From Macrostomum hystrix (Eukaryota > Animalia > Platyhelminthes): a stretch of DNA of 64,000 nt. The notes under the pieces were generated by a model. That model saw nothing but the letters and a program-made list of their open reading frames with translations. It ran no database searches and was not told where the DNA came from. Of this stretch, positions 1 to 12,936 are shown piece after piece (positions within the stretch are counted from its first letter, which is position 1; each line of letters begins with the position of its first letter). The stretch spans positions 1,240,001-1,304,000 of the forward strand of contig CATNEN010000026.1 in NCBI GenBank assembly GCA_950097015.1, written 5' to 3'. A program made the position numbers and the translations under genes.

Positions 1-3000
1 ACATCAAGCCTACAATTAGCATCATTCAAAAATTTGGTTGGAGAAAAGTAGGCATCGTGTCGAATGATGTAGCTGCGAACTATGCGGTATGGAATTAAAA
101 TTCACCAAATTTTTTAAACTAATGAATGCGAAGTTGTCGTGGATTATTTGCTAAGGTAAAAGAAAGACAAAAGAACGACAAATTTTTATTTCAGATTGCG
201 TCTAAATTTGTAGCTGCTCTCGAAGCGATTAATATGACGTTTTACCAGAAAGTGACATTTTCCGATGATCCAACCGATGCTATAGTATCATTGTTGGTTA
301 GTAAATGTAACCTAGTGATCAGGATGTCATTGAAAATTTGCAACATAAGAAGTATATTTACACTGAAAACTGAAACAAAAATTTTAGAAGGATGACTTCC
401 GCATTTTCGTTGTATTCCGACAAGCAAGTCTCGAGAAGCCTGGAAAGCGCTTCGATTGCGTGGTGAGTTGTGAGTTGAGCAGTCACGATTCTTGACTAGA
501 TCCTAAGTCTTAAAACAACAGCCCGACAAGCGTGCGGAAATTTTCAAAATAAAACACGAATTTATCTTCTTCCTCTTGATTGAGCAGGAATTCTTTGATC
601 AAAACTGTAGGTAATTATAGTGTGCTCCCATTCAGTGTTAAATTTTTCGCTCTGTCTGTCATCTGTCTATTCAAATTTTAACGTTGGATCATCTTACTAA
701 AATTGGCAAGCGTCATAAACCAAGCGCATGCTTTAAATCAATGATACATCGAAGAGGGGATTAAGTATCACTGAATTTGTTGTCAGCACGCACGCTCGGC
801 TAAGAACGTGAAGTTCTTTCTCTGGTCGAAAAGTAGTCATGCTAAACCTAGAGCGTGACTACTCGGGGGGAACTGAGCTCGTCCTTGTGTAACTTTGCAG
901 TTGATGTGAGCCGAACGCTGTGCTCCTGTAACTTTTTCGTTGCCTTGCCTGACAGCTTCGCTTGATACAAACAATCTTAGACTACTCTGAAGACTTGTTC
1001 AGAGCAAAATATACTTCCTAACTCTGTTTTTCTCTGCTCACATAATTTAATGACCTTCTTTCTTATTTTAGCTGAAGAGCCTCGGAGCCTACGGACCAAA
1101 GTACATGTGGTTTCAAATCGGACTGCCTCAGACCAACGCAGCCATTGTCGGCTCGTGTCCAGACTCGGACAGAGCCGAAAGTCTGGAAGGCTCCATCGAA
1201 TTCGACGACTATGTGTCGGATCCCACTATACTCGAGTCAGAGATTGGTCCTGCCGGGAAGGTATTCGAGAATTCCGAAAATTAATCAAGCATTTTTAGTA
1301 ATTTCTGGAACAGTGTAAACACAAGCGCAAGACCTCGACTATGTCACTCGCAGAAAAATCTGTCTAACATGCAAATGTTTTTATCTTTTATGTTTTCTTT
1401 TAGCTACGCATGAAATGTCTAAATCCATGGCGCTTTGTGCAATTTTTTCCCGCTTGCGGGTTTGAATCGAGGGCTGGAGGGACAAGCAGTAGAGTGATTG
1501 TGGCGCAAGCAAAAGTATGTGAATAAAAGTACTTGTCTGAGTGGCTTGAAAGCATGTTAAATTCAACATAGTGACTTCCAGTATCACACGGTTGTGTGGT
1601 TCAACATGATTCTGATTATTCTTACATTTTACTTTCAGAATGTATCGGAAATCTTTGATGACTATCTCACAAAATATCCGACAAGCAGTGCGTGGGCATT
1701 GCCGAACACTCTCCTCGGATTTGGTCTCCGTTTTGATTCCGTACTGGCTGCCGCAATCGCTTTAAATACTACCTTGAGTCAGTTTAACTATACAGAGACT
1801 TCAGTTCAGCTTCAAAATTCATCCTTCAAGATGGCACTGCTGAATAACTTCGGTCTTTTAGATTTCGTCGGACTGTCAGTGAGTCCCGTTCGCTGCAAAT
1901 TTGAAGCTCGACAAACCACTAACTGGTGCTAGCTTATTTACTCGTAACTTTGTAACCTTTGCAGGGAAAAGTTTCCTTTAATGAAAATGGAGACAGGTTC
2001 CCACGCGTTCTGGTCTACCAGATAAGAAGTTGGTTGATCAGTTCTAAGAATTTCAAAAAAAATATTTTGGACTCGCTAAGCTTGCAGAGGTTAAACTTTG
2101 CTTATTTATCTTTCAGACTTGAAGCGCACTCTAGTGGCCACGTTTAATTTGGCGCAGAGGATCACAACGTGGCACAGGGACATCTGGTTCGCCGGTGAGT
2201 TTTGCTCGTCGATAATACGAGACCAAATTGAGTTCAAATAGATCTAATCCAGCTTTGAGATCAAAATCTTTATATCCCTCGTGGCGTAGCTATCTACCAA
2301 CATTCTCTATGTCTTCGCCCGCTCTTCAGCCAACACAGAATTGAACTATGTGATGCTCAACTTAATATTCATCATAAACTAACTAGGAACCAACCAAACT
2401 GCAAACCGAATTATTTAGGAGGACAACCGCCAGCAGATGCACCGCAAGTGCTGACTCGAGTTTTGACAATTAGCAGAGCTCATCTAATCATCATCGTGAC
2501 GCTGTCAGTCGCTGGAATCGTTCTTGCAGTAACATCTGCGTCAGTGAATCTCTACTATCAGAATCTGCCCTTCATCAAAATGAGCAGTCCTCGGGTAAAC
2601 TCAGTAATTGGCATTGGCTGCATCTTGTGCTACGCCTCATGTATTGTGATGGCCAGCAATACCTATTGGAAAAGCAGTGTGAGCATGTGCTGGCTTCAAG
2701 TTGGCCTACTGTCTGTTGGCTACTCGCTAGCCTACGGAGCCATGTTTGCAAAGACCTGGCGAGTACACAGGATCTTCACACAGAAGGGGATGCGAGTGGT
2801 TGAGTATTTACTTCTGTTTGTTTTCGCTTTGGTGACCTTCAATCCCGAAAGTTCCAGAAGCACCGAGAACAATAGACTCAACCATCAATATTTCTAGGTC
2901 GTAAAGGACTGGCACCTCTTTCTAATCATTCTGGCCGTCACTTCTGTTGATGTAATTATATTGTCAGTTCGTGGAATCGTGGATTCCTTAGTTTTAGTCA

Positions 3001-4166
3001 GCAAATCTCTGCCATCAGAGGTATATACGAGTTGATTTGTCTTCTGATGCACTGAAAATGAGCGCCAAACACGCATTGTGTAAAATTTGCACACACTCAC
3101 TCCAGGAAGCTCCCGATGGAACTATTCTACAAACCGACGTGGTTTTCTGCAGCTCGCGCAACCATATTCTGTGGACCAGTATGATAATTGGTGTAAAAGG
3201 TCGGTTTTGCAAAACATTACTCTATACAAGGACTACTAAACAACACTTAGTAGACCAGTTGTTTAGTTGTACTTGACTCTATAATGCACAAGCTTTATCC
3301 AATTCTTCAAGCCTGAATTATAGACTTTTTCGATACAAAGCCAACGCTTGCTAATTTGAAGGCGTTCTTCTGATCCTCGGCATTTTCTTCGCCTGGGAGA
3401 CCCAGTCGGTCCAGGTTGAGGCGTTGAACGATTCAAAGAAAATCGGCATCTGTATCTACAACACGACTATGTTCGGATTGATCGGCGTGGTCATGGCGTT
3501 TGTCCTGCCGGATTCCAGCCTCAGCTTGAAAATCCTCCTAGTTGCCTGTTGCGTCATTGTCTGCACTACCACCACGCTAATCCTGGTGTTTGGATCCAAG
3601 GTGAGACCATTGAGAATGAGAAAGAAGGGAAACCATCAAATTTCTGATAAATAGTTTAGAAGGCTGCCTTTCGCCAATTATACATTACGTAGAAAAAAAC
3701 ATTCCCTTTTTTCGATTGGAGGCCGATCAAAAGCAAATCTCCTGAAATTAGTCTCCCTATTTATCGATTTCTGTTAAGCTTTGTTTGTGAAAGCGTCAAT
3801 TTCATATTTTTCATATTTTTCTTTCTCTACATGCCCTCCCCTGTGCTTAAAAAATGCTTTAAGCTCGCAAAACCACTTGGAAACAGGCTTTTTGTTGTCT
3901 CCTTTCTCTGATTATAAGTAACTTTTTCAAAGAAACGTAGTTTCCCGTCCTTCTTTTCCTAGATGCCTGGGATGAATTTTAGATTTTAGAAATTCGCAAA
4001 CTGCTTTCAAAAGGCTAGATTGTAACTTTTAGTAGTAAACTGGCATAAAATATATAACAAACGATTGCAGATTTTTGCTTTGATTAAGTACGGACCATCT
4101 CGAGTAGACGATATTGTGCTGGCCTCCATGCAGCCGTCGCTCGAGAATCGACCAAGTGCACCATAA
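1..4166 (+). CDS. Class C GPCR, GABA-B-receptor-like (Venus flytrap + 7TM), 5' end outside window
   Basis: Exons with GT-AG borders and consistent phases: <1-86, 195-296, 388-462, 1072-1260, 1639-1878, 1965-2028, 2117-2194, 2419-2795 (or 2798), 2898-3020, 3106-3199, 3362-3600, 4071-4166 (TAA). GABA-B-type motifs: QKFGWRKVG, DFRIFV, YGPKYMWFQIG, GKVSFNENGDR, IKMSSPRVN, GAMFAKTWRVHRIF, FAWET..V.VEALNDSKKIGICIYN. Confidence 0.87.
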
Positions 4167-7100
4167 GCCCGCAGTGTGCGAGAGAATAAATTTGATACGC
4201 TAGTAGTATGCCGACATCTCGTACATTTATGTCGACCACCAACTTCGAACAACCATTATTAGCTACCGACTCACGGATATCAATAAACTGGCTTGCGAGA
4301 CGTTTAGAGCTGCCACAAGGTACTCGTCCGTTGAACTGTCCTGATTTTCCGATCCTTTGTTTTCTGTGTTCGAAGAACAACTATTTAGTTTGATAAAATG
4401 CTTAATTATTGTCCCTTGCATATTGTTTGTCTTAATTATTATTCTTACGTATATTTTTCTATCGATGTGTTTTAACCGCTAGATTAAAGTTAATAAGCAA
4501 AGACAATTTGTTTTAAATATGCTTTTGCTGGAAGACAGCTACACATATGGTAAATTTGAGTCAACTAATATCGCCTTGTCCTTGCCTGTTAATATTCCGT
4601 AGCTCAGTTTTTCGTGAGAATCATATGATTAATTATAAATGTAAGCATTAACAAACGCTCAGTTTTTCAATTTTTCAAAACGGTTTAAGATTTACCAATA
4701 CTACCTTAAGGTATGATTATAAGTTGACGGTAAACGAATGTAATTGTCGAGCTATTTGCATACCTCTGGTAGGCAGTTTGTGTTATAGGGCAACGTTTCT
4801 TGCCAATAACAAGGACTACTCGATCAGTAGTTCCTCAGAGAACTACGCGTGTATTTAAAGGACGGAAGTTTGAAACAACTTAATTTACGATTGAGCCAAC
4901 CAAAAAGATCCGAACGCGACAGGACCAAAGTAAGGTTAATATATATTGTTTAACGAAGTGAAATACAGCGAACCAATAACGATCGATATAGCGAAGGAAT
5001 AAAATGATATCGTTTACATTGAAGCATGTACATGCACATGTACATTTAAAAAGTATTGTACGCAGAGAACAGAATACACAGTGCGCGAACACATAAGGAA
5101 AATAAAACTTTGACGCAGCCACCCCAAAACGTCACGCAGCGTGAAGCCAAAGCCTCACGCCACCAAAAGTTTAATTTTGTTATAAGTTTTTTCGGTTATT
5201 TAACTAAAGCTCGATTCAAATGCTCGTAATGCAAGCTGAATACAGTTATTTATAAGGGTTCTATTTATAGAAGTCCTTGGGCTGGGCGTTCGTAAACTGG
5301 AAATGAAGTCTGAGACAATATGTTGACAGACAAGTTAAATGAAGAGATTGGAATCTCAATCACGGATAAGTGGAATTAGATTGCGCACCAAATGACTTTG
5401 TATGAAATTTTAAAATGCTACATTTTAAAATGCCATTCATTACTATTGATGTTAGTAGAGTGTTAAGCCGACTTAATGCGTTACCATAGTTACTGGAACA
5501 CGTAGTATATGCAGGTCCAATAAGTGTAATACATTTTTTTAAAGCTGCGTATGCCGGTTTATTTACTGATTTGCCTTTTATTTGTTAAATGCCTTTGAAC
5601 ATAAGAAAAAAGTCTTAATATTCTTTGTTTGACTATTTTTCCTGTTGCTAAGTACGCTTCAACAATGTGTTGTGAGCTGCGTCTCACGTACAATGACCTT
5701 GCTCCGACCCCCGCGCCTCCCGAGTACTATTGTGAGAACGCTGCCCTGAGTTAGAAGCGAACAATCCATACAATAATAAACTACGCAGCCTGAGCTACAC
5801 TAATTGCCATGAGTGCAACGTTCGATCCCTCCCGGTAAGAAAAGCATTAACGAGTTATTTATTTATCCGTGCTCAAACCTTGTTCCTCTGCCCGACCTCT
5901 GCTGCTGTCAAAAGCTCATCATCATCATCCTTCTCCTCCAGAGTCTTCCCTCGAGTCTGCGAAGCGTCGGTACGCCTCCAGACCGTCATCCACCTCTCTC
6001 TGGGGCTGTCGAGTGGCTACCCGCTCTCTACCCGCTCTATCCCTCCTCTCCCGGCAAGCTTTGGGCGGTCCGTACCCGAACCCCTACTACCGCGTCGGCG
6101 AACTGCCGACGGTACCGATAAACTACAACAATTGATGCGCTGGGACACTGGGATTAAAAGCTCAAAATAAAGTGTAGATTTTTCCGAATTCTAAGTATCA
6201 ACTGCTAGGGGTGAGGTTTGCTTTAGAGATGAAGTTCAATTGTGTTTTGCGCCTACCATATTAGCGTTGCTCTCTCTTTTAGTTTTTTCTCTCCTTTCCC
6301 TCCAACTCCACCTAGTTAGCTCGTAGGCGCTTACTGGGTGGTGATTGGCTAGCCAGGGTTTTTTCCGACCTTGTGCGCTTGTGATTGGCTACGGCCAATT
6401 GGTAAGGCTGCTCTTCCTTCTCCCCATGTGTATTTATGCACAGGCCACGAGAAACTGGTTCTACAAGCGCACTTAAAAAACTAAACGGTTGTTCGAACAC
6501 TGTAAGAGCACTTGCTTCTACTAAATATATCTTACGAGTATAAGCTCATGCAAGCCAGGATTAGCTAATGTTAATGAAAACGTTTTAATATTCAGAATTT
6601 CCACATTTTTCCTACGGGTCTGGGTCTACTGTAGCTCTGTCATTGATAGCGCACTGCTAAAAATTATCTTAAAAATCTCAATAGAGACATTGTGGGTGGC
6701 ATTTTGCTTAGTACAAGTATTAAAGAATGCGAAATTTTGCAAGCGAAGTCACAAAACTTAAGGAGTTTAGCATGCTGGCTAACATTACTGTGCTTTTCAG
6801 TGTTCCTGTGGACTTTATTGCTTGCTTATAGCTGCGTACATTTTATATATTACTAGCTTTTTTTGCCCGTTGTTTTTGGGGCAGAAATTTAAAGCAAAGC
6901 AGTAAGCAATTCACGTCTCTGTATTAACTTTATAGTGAAGGTCACCATTTATTTATTTACTGCATGAATGAAAAGTGAAGAGTTTGTTTAAGGGCGTTTT
7001 AAGTAAAAAATAAGTGAAAAGTTTGTCCAAACAGCCCCCTCTTGATTACTTCTTTAGAAACATGTCTCTTAGCCACTCCTCTATACAGTCAGTGGCAGAT

Positions 7101-7208
7101 CCAGGAATTTTGTTTTGGGGCGGTCTGTCAGGGGTTTGTTTGTCGTTTGTCATTCTTTGTCGCCGATGGGTTTCCAGTGCGAATGTCAATTTGCCTGATG
7201 TTGATGTG

Positions 7209-9236
7209 CTACCCATCCTCTCCGTCCCAGAAAATAAGCGGATACTGCAATGTATCATAGGCTTTGTGCAGCTCAGAAATCCTTTGCAATTGATTGCTTC
7301 GCAGCTGCAGAACAATGTCTCGCTTCTCAAATTCCTGCCCAACAATTTGAATTGCGACATCGTTAACAACTGGTGCGTTATATCTCCTCTCATGCTGGCC
7401 TGCAGGCCGTTTATCAGCACGAATGACTACTCTGTGCTCCTCTGTGTCCCGTGGCAACCTCTCCATGGCAGTTTTAAATTGACGAACATAATTATTTTTC
7501 TCGTGCAGGACTTCCTGTAACTCAAATACAATGTTGGCACGCACTCCTGGAGCGATTCTACATCGGCGCTCAACCTGCTCTTGATGATCTCCCATGAAGT
7601 AGATCTGCAGGAACTTTGGCTCCTCTCCAGGCAGTGGTAGCAATGATCCTATGTCATGGTACACCTGACCTTGGACTTTAAATGCAGGCATGAACCCTGG
7701 CTCACGGACAATACTTTTAGCTCCAAAAGAAGTCATTTGAAAGCAGCTGTTGTAGCACCGGATATTAGACAGAAAGTGCTCAGATTCTTCTGTCTCACCC
7801 AGCAACAGATGCCGAAGGCATGGTGGCAGGTTCTCGTTCAAAGGTTCAAGTATGACCTTTCCGTTGGAACAGCATATGCCTGGAGTTTCGTTGGCCCATC
7901 TTAATGCATGGCAGCGTGCGCATTTGACCGACATTCTCGCCATCGCAAGTTTAGGATGGACACCATAGACAACAGTGGGATCATAACTCAGAGCCGCATT
8001 CAGTGCCCAAGGACGTGGGCCAGCTGGCTGATCAGGTTCGTCAACGTTGGGGTTTGTTGGAGCCGGGGGTGGTCCAACAAATTGGAAGGTCTCAGCGCGT
8101 TCCCTATGTCGCTCTCGATCATCCTGCCGACGCACTTCAGCCTGGTTGGCTGTTTCATTGCGACGGGCCTCGGCAGTCCGGTCTCTGTTCTGTTCTTGGC
8201 GCTGCTGTGTTTGGACTGCAGTCTCATTGCGACGGGCCTCGGCAGTCCGGTCTCTGTCCAGTTCTTGGCGCTGCTGTGTCTGGACTGCAGTCTCATTGCG
8301 ATGGGCCTCGGCAGTCCGGTCTCTGTTCTGTTCTTGGCGCTGCTGTGTCTGGACTGCAGTCTCATTGCGACGGGCCTCGGCAGTCCGGTCTCTGTTCTGT
8401 TCTTGGCGCTGCTGTGTCTGGACTGCAGTCTCATTGCGACGGGCCTCGGCAGTCCGGTCTCTGTCCAGTTCTTGGCGCTGCTGTGTCTGGACTGCAGTCT
8501 CATTGCGACGGGCCTCGGCAGTCCGGTCTCTGTCCAGTTCTTGGCGCTGCTGTGTCTGGACTGCAGTCTCATTGCGATGGGCCTCGGCAGTCGGGTCTCT
8601 GTTCTGTTCTTGGCGCTGCTGTGTCTGGACTGCAGTCTCATTGCGACGGGCCTCGGCAGTCCGGTCTCTGTTCTGTTCTTGGCGCTGCTGTGTCTGGACT
8701 GCAGTCTCATTGCGACGGGCCTCGGCAGTCCGGTCTCTGTCCAGTTCTTGGCGCTGCTGTGTCTGGACTGCAGTCTCATTGCGATGGGCCTCGGCAGTCC
8801 GGTCTCTGTTCTGTTCTTGGCGCTGCTGTGTCTGGACTGCAGTCTCATTGCGACGGGCCTCGGCAGTCCGGTCTCTGTTCTGTTCTTGGCGCTGCTGTGT
8901 CTGGACTGCAGTCTCATTGCGACGGGCCTCGGCAGTTCGCTCTCTGTTAAGCTCTCGTCGCCTATCTACGTCTCTGCCGTGACTGGCTGTAGAACTTATT
9001 GCAGCTCCAGCACTGCTTCCACTGGTGCCTGATGTCTGTGCTCTTGTCCGAGGTCGAAGGTTATAAGGCTGGACTGGCTCAGCTTCATTTTCACTTGAAG
9101 CTGCTTGTGGCTGTGCTGAGGTGCTTGGTCTAGGTACTGCTGTTGTTGCGCCGTCTTCTACTGCATCGTTTGGCCTTGCTGTTGCTCGTCGAGCTGCTTT
9201 AGTCAAGCGACTTAAAAAACTTTTCTTAGGTGGCAT
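7209..9236 (-). pseudogene. Helitron RepHel protein, N-terminal half; truncated
   Basis: Contains CARCHALRWANETPGICCSNGKV, NIRCYNSCFQMTSFGA, FKVQGQVYHDIGSLLP, FLQIYF and YDTLQYPLIFWDGEDG. A TAG then falls where the family has Tyr, and the frame continues HINIRQID before a deletion junction at ~7134. ATG directly follows a TTTCAG acceptor-like site. Confidence 0.88.
8155..8935 (-). repeat. 69-bp coding tandem repeat (~11 copies; RRNETAVQTQQRQEQNRDRTAEA) in the Helitron ORF
   Basis: CGACGGGCC recurs at 8161 and 8230, giving a 69-bp period. The unit encodes 23 aa in frame. Confidence 0.95.
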
Positions 9237-9518
9237 CTGAAAGTTAGAAGTAGTCCGAATGACAGGGGACCTGTGTTGAAAAATCTTTCTCTTATCTTCA
9301 GTGGGAAAGGCTAAGCCTCTATTTTAGCAAAGCACTGTACGCCAGCCTCTCTCTTTCTTCTATCCCAGGCTGGCTGGAGAGAAATATCGACTGGAGAGAC
9401 AGTCTAGGGGTTTGGGCTGTGTACATTCACGGCTTGAAATACAATGTACAGTCTGGGGCTTCGGCGCCCGGGGAAGGGAGGGGGTGGCTGTAATAAAATT
9501 TGGCCCGCAGAGTGGCGG

Positions 9519-9628
9519 CAGTCTATGGCCGCGGGCTAGCCGGCCCCAGCTCATGCGTTTATTATGCGCCTAGCCAGGGTGCCCTCATGGTGAGGTGAGC
9601 TGGGCTAGCCGATCGCAGCTCATGAGCC
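9519..9628 (+). repeat. Left terminal inverted repeat of the giant element
   Basis: CTAG cores at 9536, 9570 and 9605 (offsets 17/51/86 from the end) and the palindrome GCTCATGAGC at 9618-9627, mirrored at the right end. Confidence 0.8.
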
Positions 9629-9723
9629 CAGCCCATGGGCCCAGGGTGCGCTCCTGGTGTGGGCCTCGGATATGGGATAGGAAGGTGACGGGGGGGAGGA
9701 GGAGGGGGAGAGGTTGCCCATGA

Positions 9724-9965
9724 GGGCGGATAGCTCAGTCAGTAAGGTGTCGGACTCTGGATCAGATGGTCCTGGGTTCGACTCCCGACCTAGTCTAGAA
9801 CTATTCGTGCAGCCCTTGGCAAGCTGCTTTGCCCTGATGTGCACACAGTCTACTCAGCTGCAGATGAGTACCGACATTTCGTCGGGTAATAATAATTCTG
9901 GCTGGCGTGGAATAAAGCAGTTCTGTGCGGCAATTCTGTGGGGTTCGGATGCTGCCGATATGTTT
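9724..9965 (+). mobile_element. tRNA-derived SINE
   Basis: tRNA-like head GGGCGGATAGCTCAGTCAGTAAGG...CCTGGGTTCGACTCCCGACC with A and B boxes. It is followed by CCCTTGGCAAG...GTCTACTCAGCTGCAGATGAGTACC, resembling conserved central domains of metazoan SINEs. The 3' end is approximate. Confidence 0.72.
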
Positions 9966-10000
9966 GGAAAAATAAATTCTTTAAGAGTTTTCTTAATTTA

Positions 10001-10960
10001 AGAGTTTTTCAAAACATATAGGCTATCCTACTGTATGTGATTCCTTTGGTGCTTCGAATGTACTGTATAGTGCTGATATTGATGTAAATCAGCGTAAAAC
10101 CGCTTTTTTCTTACTCAGCCGGATTAAGAAATGAGTAGGCTTATATGATGTTCTTGTTGTTCTGCAAAACATATAATCATTAATTTAAATAAAAAATGAG
10201 TCGAACCAACGACCCGCAGTTATCAGGCTGACGTGCTACCAGTTTCACCACTTGACATTGCCCATATACAACGAAGAATTACTATTTATTAGTATATTCT
10301 TTCGTTCGAATACTTTTTCAGAGTTTTTCAAAACATATAGGCTATTCTACTGTATGTGATTCCTTTGGTGCTTCGAGTGTACTGTATAGTGCTGATATTG
10401 ATGTAAATCAGCGTAAAACCGCTTTTTTTCTTACTCAGCCGGATTAAGAAATGAGTAGGCTTATATGATGTTCTTGTTGTTCTGCAAAACATATAATCAT
10501 TAATTTAAATAAAAAATGAGTCGAACCAACGACCCGCAGTTGTCAGGCTGACGTGCTACCAGTTAAACCACTTGACATTGCCAGTTTACAACGAAGAATT
10601 ACTATTTATAAGTATATTCTTTCGTTCGAATACTTTTTCAGAGTTTTTCAAAACATATAGGCTATCCTACTGTATGTGATTCCTTTGGTGCTTCGAGTGT
10701 ACTGTATAGTGCTGATATTTATGTAAATCAGCGTAAAACCGCTTTTTTTCTTACTCAGCCAGATTAAGAAATGAGTAGGCTTATATGATGTTCTTGTTGT
10801 TCTGCAAAACATATAATCATTAATTTAAATAAAAAATGAGTCGAACCAACGACCCGCAGTTATCAGGCTGACGTGCTACCAGTTTCACCACATGACATTG
10901 GCCAAATACAACGAAGAATTACTATTTATTAGTATATATTCTTTCGTTCGAATACTTTTT
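10001..10960. repeat. ~320-bp tandem repeat x3, each unit with a truncated tRNA-like segment on the minus strand
   Basis: AGAGTTTTTCAAAACATATAGG starts at 10001, 10320 and 10640. Minus-strand TGGTGAAACTGGTAGCAC...GGTTCGACTC lies at ~10198-10258, ~10518-10578 and ~10838-10898. Confidence 0.93.
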
Positions 10961-12936
10961 TGGCTGCAGGCTGCAGCTTGTGCTTTCTTATTTTAAGCAA
11001 TGGCCATCGTAGCGATCAAATTCGCAACGCAATATTAGCAACGCAAGCAAATATATCGCGAGCTAGCGAATCGCTCCATTATCTAACGACGGGTCCAGCA
11101 GGTCCCCAAATTTTATCTGCAAAGCTTCAAAAACCAAAAGGGTGAACGTCAATATTACAAATTTATTACAAACTCAGCAAAAGTCAAAATTATTAGCACC
11201 CGTAACGAAAGTCATCGATTTATCGTTGCACCAAACATTCTACTTATTTTTGTCATTGCATGTAATCCATAAAGTTTTAAATAAAGACCAGCAAGGCAAA
11301 AATCATTATTTTTAAAGCATAAAAGTAACTTAAAAGAAAGGTTGAAGCGAAAATAGTTCGCTAAAAGATTTTTTTAAACACATACTGCATAAAAACGGCA
11401 AAACAGCGTTTAAATTTTGTAGGGTACGAAGTGCAATGCCTCACACCAGTATCTAAATGTTTTACTTTGTTTAGAGTTACATAAAGTTTCCGGAACATTT
11501 AACCTTTTCGACAGAAATCAACATGATAAATAATCGACCAATTTATAAATCTAATTGATGCAAAGTCATTGCATTCTGTTGCAAAAGCAGTATAATCGCA
11601 CGAGTTCAACCTACTGAAACATCGATTTAGTTAATTCATCTACAAATATTATATATTTTTAATAAAAGTGTCTGAGCTTTCGTGTTCTGCTACAAAGTAG
11701 GGAAACCGTAAGAATTTCTGGTATATTAGGTCTTAATTTAATAATTCTCGAAAAACCAAGGTATTCCAAATAATTAGCTACGAAACACATTATTTTCCTT
11801 TCTTGAAGATCGGCTCGATATTACCCGCAACTTACGTATGTAAACCGTAACGTACTCGTAGCGTTTGAGTTTAAAAAAACAAAATCGTAATAAAGGTATA
11901 GGCTACTTAATACTGCTTTGAAAAAACAAATAATTATGTTCTTAGACATATACATAAAGAAGGCTCTGCAGATTTTTTTGGCGCGGTTTAAATAATTTCA
12001 GATGCATGTTCGTCGGAGTTGTCCGCCATGTTGTTTTTAGCTTTTTCAAATTTTTATTTTGAACTGAATTTTAATTAATTTAGTAATTTAATTTTCTCTT
12101 TGAATTCAACTGAAAGTGAAAGACAGGTAAATCGGGACAAAAAAGTACAAGATTGTACCAATTGCAATCATTCCACATTACTGTTACTTTTTCTAGATTA
12201 TTGCCACTTTGGTAGCTAATTTCGTTCTTCGTAAATCGTAATTAAGGTTAAAAACAAAAATATTTGTATTGTTTACTTCACTCTTCACTTAGTTTTGGAC
12301 AAATCAGAGTCATTTGCACAAGGTAATTAAAAACTCGATAAATGTCTAAACAATGTCAGTTGGAAAATAACATATGTCGCTATATGGCAAAATTACATGG
12401 TTAATATGATGTAATATAACACTCTAGATAGCTAGTATTGAATAGGAAATATTATCTGACTATCTTTGGCAGGTTAGAAACTAGTTAACTCGGCAGTAAA
12501 CCAGTACTATAGCTAGTGCCTATAAGCATTTACTCATATTTAGTTAACATTGAAGATGGGTTAATCCAAAATTTTGTTAGAGGTTGTGCCAGTGTGTATT
12601 AAATTAGAAACAGTTGTCCGACTATAATATTCACTTTTATTTATTAAGTTCTGCTGCTAGTTTCTTTGCATTTCTTGCTTAACAGTGTACCAAGCTCTGC
12701 AACTTTTTATGAAGCAACAGTCACTAATTTCATTTGGTCTTTAGACCTAGCCTCCTAGCCTACTTCCAGAGTCAAAAAGGTGGCTCTGTGTGCCAGAAAG
12801 AAATTATAAACAATGTAATAAGTGACATGCACCACCAATATAAGTAACTTTAACATTGAGTCAAGTAGGCTTTGGTAAATAGTAAATAAAGTAAATAGTT
12901 AATAGGGCAAGATCTCAAAAAAACTAATGCATACTC

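Larger units (their letters stand above)
6853..9518 (-). mobile_element. Helitron, internally deleted; distal part of a copy interrupted at 9518/40869
   Basis: On the minus strand it ends TGCCC-N10-GGGCA-AAAAAAG-CTAG followed by T (CTAG at 6853-6856). 6853-7134 matches 42771-43052 inverted, and 9360-9518 matches ~41540-41785 inverted. Contains the RepHel N-terminal ORF. Confidence 0.9.

Noticed and set aside
5810-6170. Possible small two-exon gene (MSATFDPS|RVFPRVCEAS...) in a GC-rich patch
   Set aside because: Three overlapping frames are equally open and none has a recognisable motif, so a frame cannot be supported.
7908-9032. 305-374-aa ORFs in alternative frames and strands
   Set aside because: They are shadow frames of the 69-bp repeat; only the frame continuous with the Helitron motifs is credible.
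10198-10898. Functional tRNA-Ile/Val genes
   Set aside because: The 3' T-stem and acceptor strand are missing and the anticodon stem pairs poorly; reported only as tRNA-like fragments.
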